Positions 1 to 12,660 of a DNA stretch of 64,000 bases are shown piece by piece. Source of the DNA: Octopus vulgaris (lineage: Eukaryota). The notes beneath the pieces were generated by a model. That model worked only from the letters and a program-made list of their open reading frames with translations. It did not search any database and was not told where the DNA came from. The DNA is taken from contig OX597829.1 in NCBI GenBank assembly GCA_951406725.2, positions 28,210,001 through 28,274,000 on the forward strand. Reading direction: 5' to 3'. Numbering within the stretch: the first letter of the stretch is position 1; every line of letters begins with the position of its first letter. Both the position numbers and the translations under genes were made by a program.

Positions 1-289
1 AGTTTTCCACCTCGTCATCCAAAACTCAGAGTCTTATTATGGCAACCGAATAATTGTCACATATTATTTTACAGACATGTATATATATATATATATATAT
101 TTTTTACATACACTTTTTATCTGTTTCTGTCATTGAACTGTGGCCATGCTGGGACACTACCTTGAAGGGTACTTATTCTGATGACCTCTTTTGCTGAACC
201 ACTAAGTCATGGGATGTAAACAAATCAATATTAGACACTAGTTGTCAAGCAGTGGTGGGAGACAAACACAGACATGTCATAAGATGTAC

Positions 290-1200
290 CTGATGTAATC
301 TGTGGACACATAAGAGGTGCAGCAATATCAGAGGAAAGTTAACAGGGAAAATAATTTTTGTGTGTGGAAGGTGCACAGGTATAATTAATACCAAGCATGT
401 ACAGAACATAAACTCCATCAAATGCCAGGGGTGGAAAACTAGAAGAAGTCTGTTGTGGGGGTGGATGCACTGAGAGCATAGCTGCTAAAATAAGAATAGG
501 GTGGATAAAGTTCAGAGAGCTCCTACCTCTGTTGGTAACAAAGATCCTCTCCCTCAGAGTGAAAGGCAGATTGTATGAAGCCTGTGTGCAAACAGTCATG
601 CTACACAGCAGTGAAACATTGGCTATGACTGCCAAGGCTTGAAAGAAATGAAGCTAGCATACTTTGCTGGATATGCAATGTCAGTGTGCATGTATGACAG
701 AATGTAAGCATCTTAAGAGAAAAGTTTGGCATAAGAGACATCAGATGTGGTGTGCAAGAGAGATGACTGTGCTGGTATGGTCATGTGATGCATATGGACA
801 AGGACAGCTGTGTAAAGTGTCGATCTCTAACTGTGGCGGGAACCTGTGGAAGAGCCAGACCTAGGGCAAGGTAGTAAAGCATGCTCTTTGAATGTTGGAC
901 TTCACAGAGGCAATAGCAAGTGATCAAGACCTTTGGTAATATGACGTGCTTGAGAAAATCTATCAAGTCAAGTGAAATCGCAGTCATGGTTGATGCCAGT
1001 GTTGCGTAACTGGCACTCAGACTGGTGGCATGTATAAGGCACCCTTGAAATGTTGGGCAATATGTTGTGCTTAAAGATAACCTGTCAAACCTAGTGAAAT
1101 CGTTGTCATTGCCAATGCCAGTGTTGCATAACTGACTCCCATGTCAGTGGCATGTAAAATGCACCCTTCGAACTTTGGGTCTCCCAGAGGTAGTGACAAG
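290..1200 (+). mobile_element. Degenerate RTE-clade LINE, C-terminal part of RT ORF plus repetitive 3' region
   Basis: Frameshifted translation ...GGGCTESIAAKIRIGWIKFRELLPLLVTK.LSLRVKGRLYEACVQTVMLHSSET... is typical of the RTE post-RT region. Boundaries approximate. Confidence 0.7.
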
Positions 1201-1203
1201 TGA

Positions 1204-1641
1204 TGCAGAGTGAAGCCGCTTGCCAAAGATTAACCTTGATCTCTGCTGTGCATGCACACTAAGTTTTAGCTTTCTGGCTCACTTCCACTGTGCCAAGTTT
1301 GTTCCAAGACTCTTTTCTGCTGACCAAAATGACAATCGGGTTTCAGTTGCACAAGATCTCCTTCATTATGTTGAGAACAATGAAAACTTTACATAGGCCT
1401 CCGAGCAGGTATTGCTAAGCTTTTGGCAAATTTTGATGCAAATTCTGTGCTCAGCTTTCTCTGTCATGATCAATGTAATGATCACACGCTACACACCTTC
1501 CTTCCAAGCACTGCTGTAAACTACGGAAGTAAGCTAGAATATTAAAACTTAGTGTGCATGCACAACAGAGTTGAAGGTCACTTTGTGTGCTTTGGCTTCA
1601 TTACTGTGGCAACAGTCCAGATACTTATTGATCAGACCACG
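1204..1641. mobile_element. Mariner-derived foldback element (same family as 56812-57652)
   Basis: Right end CAGTCCAGATACTTATTGATCAGACCACG|TA matches 57625-57652. The left arm is an inverted partial copy. Confidence 0.7.
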
Positions 1642-1654
1642 TATGTCATATACA

Positions 1655-2994
1655 TGTGTGAAGCATGATCTTCAAATGTTGAGCCTCACAGAGGCAATGA
1701 CAAGCAACTGAAACCCTTGGCAATATGCTGTGCATGAGAACCTGTCAAGCCAATGCCAGTATCACATAACTGACCCGTTAAAAGCACCCTTCAAATATTG
1801 GGCAATATGCTGTGCTTGTGAAGATCTGTTGAACCAAGTGAAATCAGTTATGGACGATGCCAGTGCTGGTGGCATGTAAAAAGTATCATTTGAGTGTTGG
1901 GGCTCATGGAGGCAGTGACAGGTGACCAAGACCCTTGGCAATATACTGAGCTTGTGTTGACCTGTCAAGCCAAGTGAGACCATAGTTGTGGCCAATGCCT
2001 GTGTCAGTAGGACATAAAAAACACCCACTACACTCTCAGAGTGGTTGGCATTAGGTGGGGCATCTAACTGTAGAAATCTTGCCAAACCAGATTGTAACCT
2101 GGTGAAGCTCCCTGGCTTACCAGTTTTCAGGCAAATTGTCCAACCCATGCCAGCATGGACAACAGACATAAAATGATGTTGGTGATGTGTAGATACATGT
2201 GTGTGTGTGTATTGTAATAGCACACCTTTGATGCAAGTCTGAGGACATGCTTCTCCAATTCCTAAAACTGTGAATGTCATGTAATTTTTCTTTTAACAAC
2301 AGAGTGTAAGTGCCATGAGAGAAAAGTGGGGCATAAGAGGCTTTAGATGTGGTGTGCAAGAGAGACAGCTGCATTGGTTTGGTCATGTGATGTGTATGGA
2401 CGAGAACAGCTGTGTAAAAGAAGTGCCAATCTCTAACTGTGGAGAGAACCTATGGGAGAGGTAGACCCAGAAAGACATGGAATGAGGTGGTGAAGCATGA
2501 TCTTCAAATATTGGGTCTCATGGAGATGATGACTAGTGACTGAGACCTTTGGCAATATACTGTACTTGAGAAGACTTGTCAAGCCAAGTGAAATTGTAGT
2601 CATGGCCATTACCAGTGTCATTTAAGTGGCACCTGTGAAATTGTAATCACTGCTGTTGCTGGTGTCATATATATAGCACATGTGCTGGTTGCACATAAAA
2701 AGCACCCATTACACTCTTTGATTGGTTGGCATTAGAAAGGGTATCCAGCCATAGTAACCATGCTAAATCAGACTGGAATTTGGTGCAGCTCTCTATCTTG
2801 CCAGTTCCTGTCAAACCGTCCAACCCATGCCAGCATGAAATCAGATGTTAAATGATTATGATGATGATATGCACACACACACACACACATATATAATATA
2901 TATATGTATATACATACATATATATATGTGTGTGTGTGTGTGTGTATGTGCATGTATATATTTATATATATATGTGTGTGTATATATGTATATG

Positions 2995-3037
<43 letters not shown>

Positions 3038-3580
3038 CAAATGACCGTGACCTTTGATGATTTGCTGTGCTTGAGAAGACTTGTCAAGCCGAGTGAAATC
3101 AAAGTCATGGCCAGAGCTGGTGACATGTAAAAGGCACCCATGAAATCATAATTGTGGCTGTTGCCAGTAGCATGATCTTCAAATGTTGGGCTTCACAGAG
3201 GTGAGGGACAAAGTGGTAAAGCATGATCTTTGAATGTTGGGCCTCATGGAAGTGATGACAAGCGACTGAGACCTTGGTTATATGCTGTGCTTGAGAAGAC
3301 TCATGAAACTCTAGTCATGGTCATTGCCAGTGTCATGTAAATGTCATCTGTGAAGCTGTAGTTATGGCTGTTGCCAGTGACATGTAAATAGCACTTGTGT
3401 CAGTGGCATGTAAAAAGCACCCATTACAGTGTTGGAGTGGTTACCATTAGGAAGACGATCCAGCAGTAGAAATCATGTCAAAATCAGACTGGAACCTGGT
3501 GCAGCTCTCTGGTTTACCAGTTCCTGTCAAATCATCTGACCCATGCCAGCATGGAAAATGGATATTAAATGATGATGAAG
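1655..3580 (+). mobile_element. Stacked 3' ends of the RTE-like LINE (repeated 3' modules ending ...CCAACCCATGCCAGCATGG..(GAT)n)
   Basis: Three successive tails end near 2185, 2868 and 3578. A short ORF-end remnant lies at 2320-2520 (W.GHVM.MDENSCVK...GRPRKTWNEVV). Confidence 0.65.
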
Positions 3581-4130
3581 AAGGCAAACTTGCCAGTGCT
3601 GGTACTACAAAAAGAAAAATACACCCAGTACTCTTGAAATAATTGGTAATCAGTTAAAACGGCAACAACACAAGACTTCAGAGTATTCTTTTATTGACAG
3701 CAAGACATCTGCAGTGCTGGTGCCACAAATAAATTCACCCAGTACACTCTGAAAAGTGACTGGTGTTAGGTAGAATATCCAAGCCATAGAAATCATGCTA
3801 AAGCTGAGATATCGAAGGAGGACATGATCTTCCAGCCTATTGAATTCTATCAAATTGTCATACCCATTGCATTGTGTGTCTTCCATGCCAGCATAAGGTT
3901 GATGGTTTGATAGGAGGCAACAAGTGAGAGGACTGTGTTGAACTCCATTGTCTTCTTTGGCATGGTTTCTACAGCTTGATGCCCTTCCTAATGCCAAATC
4001 CCAAATGACATCTTATTGTTTTTAGAGAAGGCTATAATGGCTTGATCTATTCTGTCTGAAATGAAAAATGAAGTGATCATGATTAGAATGCATTTACTTA
4101 TGCATTTATTCAATCAGGGTTGACCTATTG

Positions 4131-4453
4131 AGACCCCCTTTGGTCATGACTGACCTAGAAAGTTGCCCTCCCAGGCACAAGTCCGGGCAAGGTTGTTTAT
4201 GGAAGACCAGCAGTCGCCCATGCATCCCGGCCTCCCTTCTCCACACCACCAGTGTTATCCAAGAGAAAGGCAAAGGGGCCGATACAGCTTGGCACCTGTG
4301 ATGTCGCAACTCATTTCTACAGCTGAGTGAATTGGAGCAACGTGAGATAAAGTGTCTTGCTCAATAACACAACACGCAGCCTGGCCCAGGATTCGAACTC
4401 ACAATCTCACGATTGTAAGCTCGACGCTCTAACCACTAAGCCATGTGCCTTCA
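4131..4453 (-). mobile_element. tRNA-headed SINE, family C (tail type 2)
   Basis: Minus strand GGCACATGGCTTAGTGGTTAGAGCG...GAGTTCGAATCC (A/B boxes). Related copies at 15632-15965 and 45694-45887. Confidence 0.75.
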
Positions 4454-4785
4454 CAGGGTTGACCAACAATAACAACAACAACAAGCATCTCTGGATTCCT
4501 GGTTATTGTGGTCATTTTGGTTTCTTGCATCTTTTCTTTTATCTTTTACTTGTTTCAGTCATTCATGCTGGGGCACCACCATGAATATTTAGTTGAATGA
4601 ATTGACCCCAGTTCTTCTACCTTTAAGCCAGGTACTTATTTATCAATTTCTTTTGCTGAATTAAGTTACAGTATGGTTGTCAAGTGGGTAGCATTTTTGT
4701 AACACCAGCACTGGTAAGTTTGCCTTCATTGGGGGAGAAACACAGACACAAAGACACACACACATACATATATACATATACAAGT

Positions 4786-5152
4786 GCTGGCGTAGCTGTG
4801 TGGTAAGAAGCTTGCTTCCAAACCACATGATTCTGATTTCAGTCCTTTTGCATGGTGTCTTGGGCAAGCACCTTCTACTATAGCCTCAGGTCAACCAAAG
4901 CCTTGCAAGTGGATTTGGTAGACAGAAACTGAAAGAAGCCTGTCTTTTGTCTGTGTTTTGCCCCCAACTCACCACTTGACAATTGGAGTTGGTGCGATTA
5001 TGTCCCTGTAACTTAGCAGTTCAGCATAAGAAATCAATAGAATATGTACAAGGCTTAAAAAGATAAGTCCTGGGTTCAATTTGTTTGGCTAAAACCCTTC
5101 AAGGCAGTATTCTAGTATGGCCACAGTCAAATGACTGAAACAAGTAAAAGAA
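4786..5152 (+). mobile_element. tRNA-headed SINE, family A
   Basis: Matches the 6284-6669 copy from head to the CAAGTAAAAGA tail. Confidence 0.8.
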
Positions 5153-5160
5153 TATATACA

Positions 5161-5205
<45 letters not shown>

Positions 5206-6083
5206 GTAATTGGGATCACGTGGGTGAGAAAGGCGCAATCCAGAGAGAAGTGGACAGCGTGCTGTGACCAGTGGTGTCAAATGGACGCCTGACGGACTGG
5301 TTGGTCAAGTGATCAAGTGATATATATATATATATTACCTTCGAAACGTGGAGTAGATGAAACAGAGACAACCGAAGAAGGGGAATATTCCTTGTGTTGT
5401 ATGTCTTGTACTCTGTTTTTTTCATTGTTTGAAAAAAAGTTCGTTTCTATGTTTTTGTTTTTATGTTTTCGTTTCTCATTGTGTTCCACGTTTTTTTTTT
5501 TTTGATGTCCTTGTACCCATATATTGGCCAGGAAGCAAGCTTCTTACTACATAGCCATGCTTGCATAGTTAATACTTTGAATTCATATCAAAATTATAAA
5601 CAAAAGAGTCACATGTGCAGGCATAACTGTCTGGTTAAGAAACTTGCTTTGCAAGCATGTAATTTTAGTTGTCCTACTCCATGGCACCTTGAGCGAGTGT
5701 CTTATTAAAGGTCCTTGGATGACCAAATTGTGGCTAAATTTGGTAGATGGAAACTTTGTGGAAGTGCATTGTGTGTGTATGTGTATAATAAAGGGTAAAA
5801 ATAATTAGTTACACTCGCGGAGTAGTTGGCGTTAGGAAGGGCATCCAGCTGTAGAAACACTGCCAGATCAGACTGGAACTTCCCAGACCCCGGTCGAACC
5901 GTCCAACCCGTGCTAGTGTGGAAAACGGACGTTAAACGATGATGATGAATTAATAATTAATAATTTTACCAAGTAGTTTGGTATGTTAAAAGAACCATTA
6001 TTGGTAAACTTAAACAAAATTTTTTATAATTATGAGTATAATTATAATTAGGGTTCAGCAAAAAATTTACTTCACCACATACC

Positions 6084-6201
6084 GAAATTTAGAAAGAGCA
6101 GTTAAAACTAGCTATTTCTCTACCATAAGAGAATCTCCCAGACAATAGAGATTTTCTTATGGTAGAGAAATAGCTAGTTTTAACTGCTATTTCTAAATTT
6201 C
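6084..6201. repeat. 54-bp-arm inverted repeat (hairpin), with an outer inverted pair at 6024-6050/6218-6244
   Basis: 6084-6137 is the reverse complement of 6148-6201 with 2 mismatches and a 10-nt loop. Confidence 0.9.
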
Positions 6202-6283
6202 TAAACTGCTATTTCTATAATTATAATTATACTCATAATTATAAAATTTATATTTTATATATATATAAATATATATATATATA

Positions 6284-6667
6284 GGCGTAGGAGTGGCTGT
6301 GTGGTAAGTAGCTTGCTTACCAACCGGGTTCAGTCCCACTGCGTGGCACCTTGGGCAAGTGTCTTCTACTATAGCCTCGGGCTGACCAAAGCCTTGTGAG
6401 TGGATTTGGTAGACGGAAACTGAAAGAAGCTTGTCGTATATATGTATATATATATGTGTGTGTGTGCCTGTGTTCGTCCCCCCAACATCGTTTGAAAACT
6501 GATGCTTGTGTGTTTACGTCCCTGTAACTTAGCGGTTCGGCAAAAGAGACTAATAGAATAAGTACTAGGCTTACAAAGAATAAGTCCTGGGGTCGATTTG
6601 CTTGACTAAAAGGTGGTGCTCCAGCATGGCCACAGTCAAATGACTGAAACAAGTAAAAGAGTAAAGA

Positions 6668-6669
<2 letters not shown>
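6284..6669 (+). mobile_element. tRNA-headed SINE, family A (near full length)
   Basis: GGCGTAGGAGTGGCTGTGTGGTAAG head, GGTTCAGTCCC B-box-like motif, internal (TA/TG)n, tail GAAACAAGTAAAAGAG. More than 10 full or partial copies occur in the window. Confidence 0.85.
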
Positions 6670-6710
<41 letters not shown>

Positions 6711-8604
6711 TGTATGTGTATGTACATTTGTGTTTGTGTGTGTGTATGTCTTTTTCAATTGTGGTTTGTCTGTCACTTGACAACCAATGTTGGTTTATTT
6801 ATGTCACATAACTTAGCAATTCAGGAAAAGAGTCCGATAGAAACAGTATCAGACTTTAAAAAAAACTCCTACTGATGTCAACTAAAATCCTCGAAACAAA
6901 ACAATGCCCCAGCATGGCTGTAATCCAATGAATGAAACAAGTAAAATGCAACAGAGAAAGACTGAAAACAAAAATGAAATCAAAAACAGTGACAATAAAA
7001 ATTTAAAGAAATGATTGATTCAAAAATTTTTTTGGGTGATGATGGTGGGTTTTAACTATCATTTACGACATTAAATAAAATATGATTTTTTTCCCCCCAT
7101 ATACCATTATGTAGTATTGACATTGTGTACAACTCATATATTATCAGTTAATAAATGGCTTAGAATAACATGTTTAATGATCTGTTATGTTATTTAAATG
7201 AAATATAATTTTTTTTTTCTCATGAGCCTTTTTTACTTTACTGAAATGGTTATACTTTATCTTTGCTAAAATTATGTCTGTTATTTCCTACCTACATAGG
7301 TGTAGGCATGGCTGTGTGACAAGAAGCTTTTTTCCTAACCATATGGTTCTAGATTCAGTTCCACTTGTGCAACTGTCTTCTACTGTAACTCCATGGATTT
7401 GGTAGATGTAAACTGAAAGAACTTGATCTTATATATGTTTATATTATCATCATCATCTTCATCATCATTTAATCCCTGGTTTCCATGCTGGCATGGGTTG
7501 GAGGGTTTGACAGGAGCTTTCAAGACAGAGAGCTGCACTAGGCTCCAGTTTTCTGTTTTGGCAAGACTTCTACAGCTGGATGCCCTTCCTCTTGCCAACC
7601 ACTTTACAGAGTGTACTGGGTGCTTTTACATGACACCAGCACAATTGCTTTTTATGTAGAGTATGATAGATGGACAAAGATAGCTATCTTGTTACAGAAG
7701 AGATATTTAGTTACCCTAGTAGGACAAAGAAGGAGAGAATGTGGACAAGAGTTAGAGAAAAAGACAGAGAGACAGTCAGAGTAAGAGTGAAAGGACCTAC
7801 TTGCAGAGAGTATGAGGAGGTCTGCTTTAGCATGATTTTTACAACTGGATGCCCTTCCTAGTGCAAACCACTTTACATAGTGTACTGGGTGCTTTTTGCA
7901 TAGCACCAGCACCAGTGAGGTTACCAACTAACTTGCACGACAAGGATTCTGTGATGGAGATTGTGGTGGGTATTGAAGGAGGTGGCTTTCTTCCAGGTGA
8001 TAAGAGATTTAGGGTATGACAGAGGGATACTCTTCCCAACCACATGGTTGTGGGTGGAACCTTAGGGAAATGTTTTCTACTATAGCTTTGAGCCAACCAA
8101 AGCCTTGTGAGTGGATTTGGTAGATGGAAACTGAAAGAAGCGCATCGTGTGTATATATATGTGTGTGCGTGTGTGTGTTTGTGTATGTATGTGGTGGCTG
8201 TGTGGTAAGTAGCTTGCTTACCAACCACATGGTTCCAGGTTCTGTCCCATTGCATGGCACTTTGGGTAAATTTCTTCTGCAATAGTTACGGGCTGACCAA
8301 AGCCTTGTGAGTGGATTTGGTAGATGGAAACTGAAGGAATCCTGTCATATATATATATGTATGTATGTATGTATATGTTAGTGTGTCTGTGTTTGTTCCC
8401 CTAACATTGCATGACAACCGATGTTGGTGTGTTTACATCCCTGTAACTTAGCAGTTTGGCAAAAGTGACCAATGGAATAAGTACTAGGCTTACAAAGTTC
8501 TGGGGTCTATTTGTTGTTTACACCATTGGTGACATCCTGCACTCATATATACATTATTTATTATTTAATTGAATGCAACACATCCATTTCCAAGTAAGTA
8601 TATA

Positions 8605-9390
8605 TATACACGAGCAAAATGACCCCTCCCCATCCAATGGATGGTTCTGAGTTGTCATTTAAACCAAATTTCCTCAAAACAACTTGTCCAACCGTCCCAT
8701 AGGCCTCTCCTTTGAGAAACTCTGATTTAACCTAAATTTGAGACACCAGCAAAAGAAGAAATAGAGATAGACATTTTTCTATTCCAAAGAAAAACGATTT
8801 TATTCACACAAATATGCAACTGAAGAGTTTAAAGTACCAGTAATGATAAGGCTGTTGACTGGGAGAACACAAACATGATTTAAACAGTAAGTTTGGCAGG
8901 AAAGAAATGTGCCTTTAAGCAGTACAAAAACAACAAAAAATGAAAGGTGCAGTTATGTACAGGTTGACGGAAGAAAAGCAGGACAAAAACGATGCATGCA
9001 AATGGGTTAGCTGGAGGTAAATCTAGATGGAAAAGCACGATGAATTTATGAGAACATACCTGGGACAATAATAAGTTTATCCGATAAAACTTTTTTTGAT
9101 AAAAAGCAAAAACCTAGGGAACTAAGTAACTAATTTTAAGCTAACATACTTTATGGTATGTTCAAGGGCATCGAAAAGCTAGTGGCAACAGCTGATGTAT
9201 TTGCGCGTACAAATGCACATTCCCAAGGCTTTATCGGTCGCATTCTCACCTGGAATCGATTTTTGTAATTTTTTCAAGACTTATACATGCCCTGATACCG
9301 TCGGTATCTTTTATGAAATTTGAGTGCAATCGGATGGAGGATGCCCGAGATCCTAGAAGACACAAACAGAATGGATTTTATATAATAGAT
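8605..9390 (-). mobile_element. Non-autonomous Helitron-like element (family of 38097-38665)
   Basis: Minus strand starts TCTATTATATAAAATCC... and ends with a CCATCCATTGGATGG hairpin followed by GCTCGT. Homologous to 38097-38665. Confidence 0.65.
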
Positions 9391-9509
9391 GTGGATGTCT
9401 TTGTGTTTGTCCCCACCACCATCGCTTGACATCCAATGTTACATGACACTCTGGTATTTGTGGCTATCATACTAAGAGTTGGCCTTCCCTATTTTCTTCC
9501 CTATTAGCC

Positions 9510-10045
9510 ACAAATACCAGAGTGTCATGTTCATCGACACCATCCCTAGAGGTGAATTGGCGTACCGTTTTAGAAGGGCCCTAGACAAACTTAGGCTAAG
9601 GATTAAGGTTGTTGAAAGGCCAGGCAACCCTATCAAATCCCTAATCTGTAGAACCCCCTGTACGGATAGGAACTGTACTGTGTGTAGATTTAGCCCACAA
9701 ACAAACTGTAAAGCCAGAAATGTAGTCTATAGATGTACAGAGGGATGATGCAGTAACAAGACAATGACGTATGTAGGGGAAACAGCACGGAGCATAGGAG
9801 AGCGGGTAAATGAACATTGGAGAGAACTTAAGGAAAAAAGAGCTCATCGGTTCCATACCAGCACGCCGAGTAGGAACATGGGGGCTCACTCAACAACATA
9901 GAAGTTAAAATCTTGTCCACACATAGAACAGACGCAACAATTAGACAAATTACAGAAACTACATACATAATAGAAAATAAATCTAGCCTGAATAGGAAAC
10001 TGGAATGGAAAACTAGCACACACCACAACATGATAACAATATAAA
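9510..10045 (+). mobile_element. Penelope-like element relic (Naiad-type): thumb, Cys linker and C-terminal GIY-YIG endonuclease, disrupted
   Basis: SVMFIDTIPRGELA...IKVVERPG..IK; CTDRNCTVC...C; NVVYRC...*C...YVGETARSIGERVNEH; after a frameshift RQITE...LNRKLEW. Confidence 0.75.
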
Positions 10046-10528
10046 TAAAACTAAAAACACAGATAAACAAATGGAAGTAAATAACTATATACATTAACAA
10101 AATTTAACTAAATACAAAAAAAAGTAATAATAAGTAGGTGTAAACACATGGAAAAAATAAACAAAAGCAAATTACACAAACGTGTATAAACAAAAGATAC
10201 AATAGGGGTATACACATGCACAAATAAAGACATACAATAGGAATGATGGGGTCACAGAAGTGTGACGAAAGAACTCTGGCCGAAATAAGATTAATATTAA
10301 TGTAAAAATAAATAAAGCGGAAGCAAATTAACACCAAATATATTGCGCATGTGTTTTTATTGGCTAAACTAGCAAAATGACCATTACGAAATACAACAAT
10401 ATATATATATCAACAGCAGCAGCAGTATTTAATGTCTGTCTCCCTATGCTGGCATGGGTTGGATAGTTTGACAAGAGCTGACAATCTAGAGGACTGCACT
10501 AGGTTCTATTGTTTGTATTAGCAGATAC

Positions 10529-10850
10529 TGTGAGGGCGCGTGGCTTAGTGGTTAGGGCATTCGGCTCATGATCGTAAGGTTGTGAGTTCGATTCCCGGCG
10601 ACGCGTTGTGTCCTTGAGCAAGACACTTTATTTCACGTTGCTCCAGTCCACTCAGCTGGCAAAAATGAGTTGTACTTGTATTTCAAAGGGTCAGCCTTGT
10701 CACTCTCTGTGTCACGCTGATTATCCCCGAAGAACTACGTTAAGGGTACACGTGTCTGTGGAATGCTCAGCCATTTGCACGTTAATTTCACGAGCAAGCT
10801 GTTCCGTTGATCGTATCAGCTGGGACCCTCGTTGTCGTAACCGGCGGAGT
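10529..10850 (+). mobile_element. tRNA-headed SINE, family C (tail type 1)
   Basis: GGCGCGTGGCTTAGTGGTTAGGG...GAGTTCGATTCC head; CpG-rich, so probably young. Inverted relative at about 35605-35900. Confidence 0.8.
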
Positions 10851-10872
10851 CTATTATTAGCAGATAGTGTGC

Positions 10873-10913
<41 letters not shown>

Positions 10914-11290
10914 TAAGACAATTGCAATGAATGTAGAGATTAGTACATCTGCATATTTCTATTTCTACTGTCAATTATATAGGATCTTTGATTTAAATTT
11001 GTCTGACATATATTTCTGCTGCATAGAAAACTAGCAACTGCATTTGCATCCAGCTATTTTTCAAATGGCCATTGGAGTATGCAACTTGATTCAAGGACCA
11101 TCCACTGATGTGGCTTGAAGTAAACTGAATGTAATTATGCATGGCTAATGTTATTTTGCTAGGTCACTTCAGTTTTTGAGGGAAAAGAATGTGTGGGGGA
11201 GATTTAGAAATTTGATATGGCTACAAAAAAACTACCATGTGGTTGACCTCATCCTGACCTTAGGTTTAAGTTTGAGATGAAATCTTTTAA

Positions 11291-11512
11291 CCTTTTTGAT
11301 ACCAAACCACCTGAAACTGCCTATAGTTCTGTAGTACAAATGTCTTGTTTTCAAAAGTTCTCAATTAAAATCTTCCATCAAACCTTAGTCATAATTCATC
11401 TTCCTAACACTAGCTTAATGGTAACTATATTATTTTACTAAATTCTTTGTTATATTTAAAATTAATTAAAAGAAATACGGAGCATCTCAAAGTAATTATG
11501 GTAACAAACGGG
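11291..11512. mobile_element. piggyBac-like MITE
   Basis: Flanked by TTAA at 11287-11290 and 11513-11516; imperfect TIRs CCTTTTTGATACC / GGTAACAAACGGG. Confidence 0.6.
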
Positions 11513-11901
11513 TTAAGTAAGTCAGCGTATCTTTTCAACCCTATTCCTTGGTGGACTATGAGTTCCAATACTGCATGCAACTGCTGGTTATTAAATCAAA
11601 TGAAGTATGAAGAACTTATGAGACCAATTCAAAATTTTCTCTGGATGAGTCGAGTTTTAGATTATATGCAGTTTCCTCCTTCTTTCCTTTTAAAAAGCGA
11701 TAGTTTTATTTAAGGAGTAAACTGATTGCTGCTGGAAAATCAAATCAGAAAATACCTTGAAATTTACCATTTATGTAAGCATACATACATATGTACATGA
11801 ACAACTAGGTTATTGGATGTAAAAAAAAAACCAACACTAGTTGTCAAGTATTGGTGTCACAAATTAAACACAAATACACATATGCACTTGCATTAATACT
11901 C

Positions 11902-11933
<32 letters not shown>

Positions 11934-12164
11934 ATGTGTATATATATATATATATGTATGTATGTATATATTTTTTTATTCAGTTGACTGTGACCATACT
12001 GGAGCACCACCTTGAAGGGTTTTAGTCGAACAAATCAACACCAGGACTTTTTTCTTAAGCTTAGTACTTATTCTATTTGTTGATTTTTGCCGTTAACTTT
12101 TGGGGTGGGGGGGACAAACACAGACATAAAGACATACACATGCATACATATATATATATATCAT

Positions 12165-12660
12165 CACCATCATCGTCATTTAATGTCTGCTTTCCATTCT
12201 AGCATAGGTTGGACAGTTTGACTGAGTGCTAGCAAGCCAGAAGGCTGCACCAGGCTCCAATCCAATCTGGCAAAGTTTCTACAGCTGGATGCCCTTCTTA
12301 ATGCCAACCACTCCAAGAGTGTAACGGATGCTTTTTACATGCCACCAGTACGAGGGCAAGTCAGGTGGCACTGACAACAACCACACTCGAATGGTGCTTT
12401 TTATGTGCCACCGGCACAGGACCAGTCAGCTGATACTGGCATTGACCATGCTCAAATGGTACTTTTCACGTGCCACCAGCACAGGAGCCAGTCAGGCGGC
12501 ACTGGCAATGATCACGCTTGATTGGTGTTTTTTACGTGCCACCAGCATAGGACCAATCAGCCAGCACTGGCATTGACCACATTCGAATGGTGCTTTTTAG
12601 GTGCTACCGGCACAGGTGCCAATCAAGTGGTACTGTCATTGGCCACGACAATGACTTCAC
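12165..12660 (-). repeat. RTE-type 3' tail carrying a 5-unit tandem array (~65-66 bp units)
   Basis: Core ATGGTGCTTTTTACGTGCCACCGGCAC recurs near 12328, 12391, 12456, 12522 and 12587. Confidence 0.8.

Noticed and set aside
2768-3057. ORFs rich in YI/CV/HT/N/L repeats (also 16467, 21371, 62094-63938)
   Set aside because: They are translations of microsatellites.
5330-5395. GAAACGT and CCGAAGA hammerhead-like fragments
   Set aside because: The boxes are incomplete or out of order and truncated by (TA)n; a fold cannot be supported.
11447-11713. 88-aa ORF as ENDOV exon 1
   Set aside because: It starts inside a MITE, has no similarity to EndoV N-termini and has no suitable phase-2 donor that I could identify.
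12325-12650. CRISPR-like repeat/spacer appearance
   Set aside because: Linkers are homologous to each other, the cores are degenerate, there are no cas genes, and the context is a eukaryotic retroelement tail.
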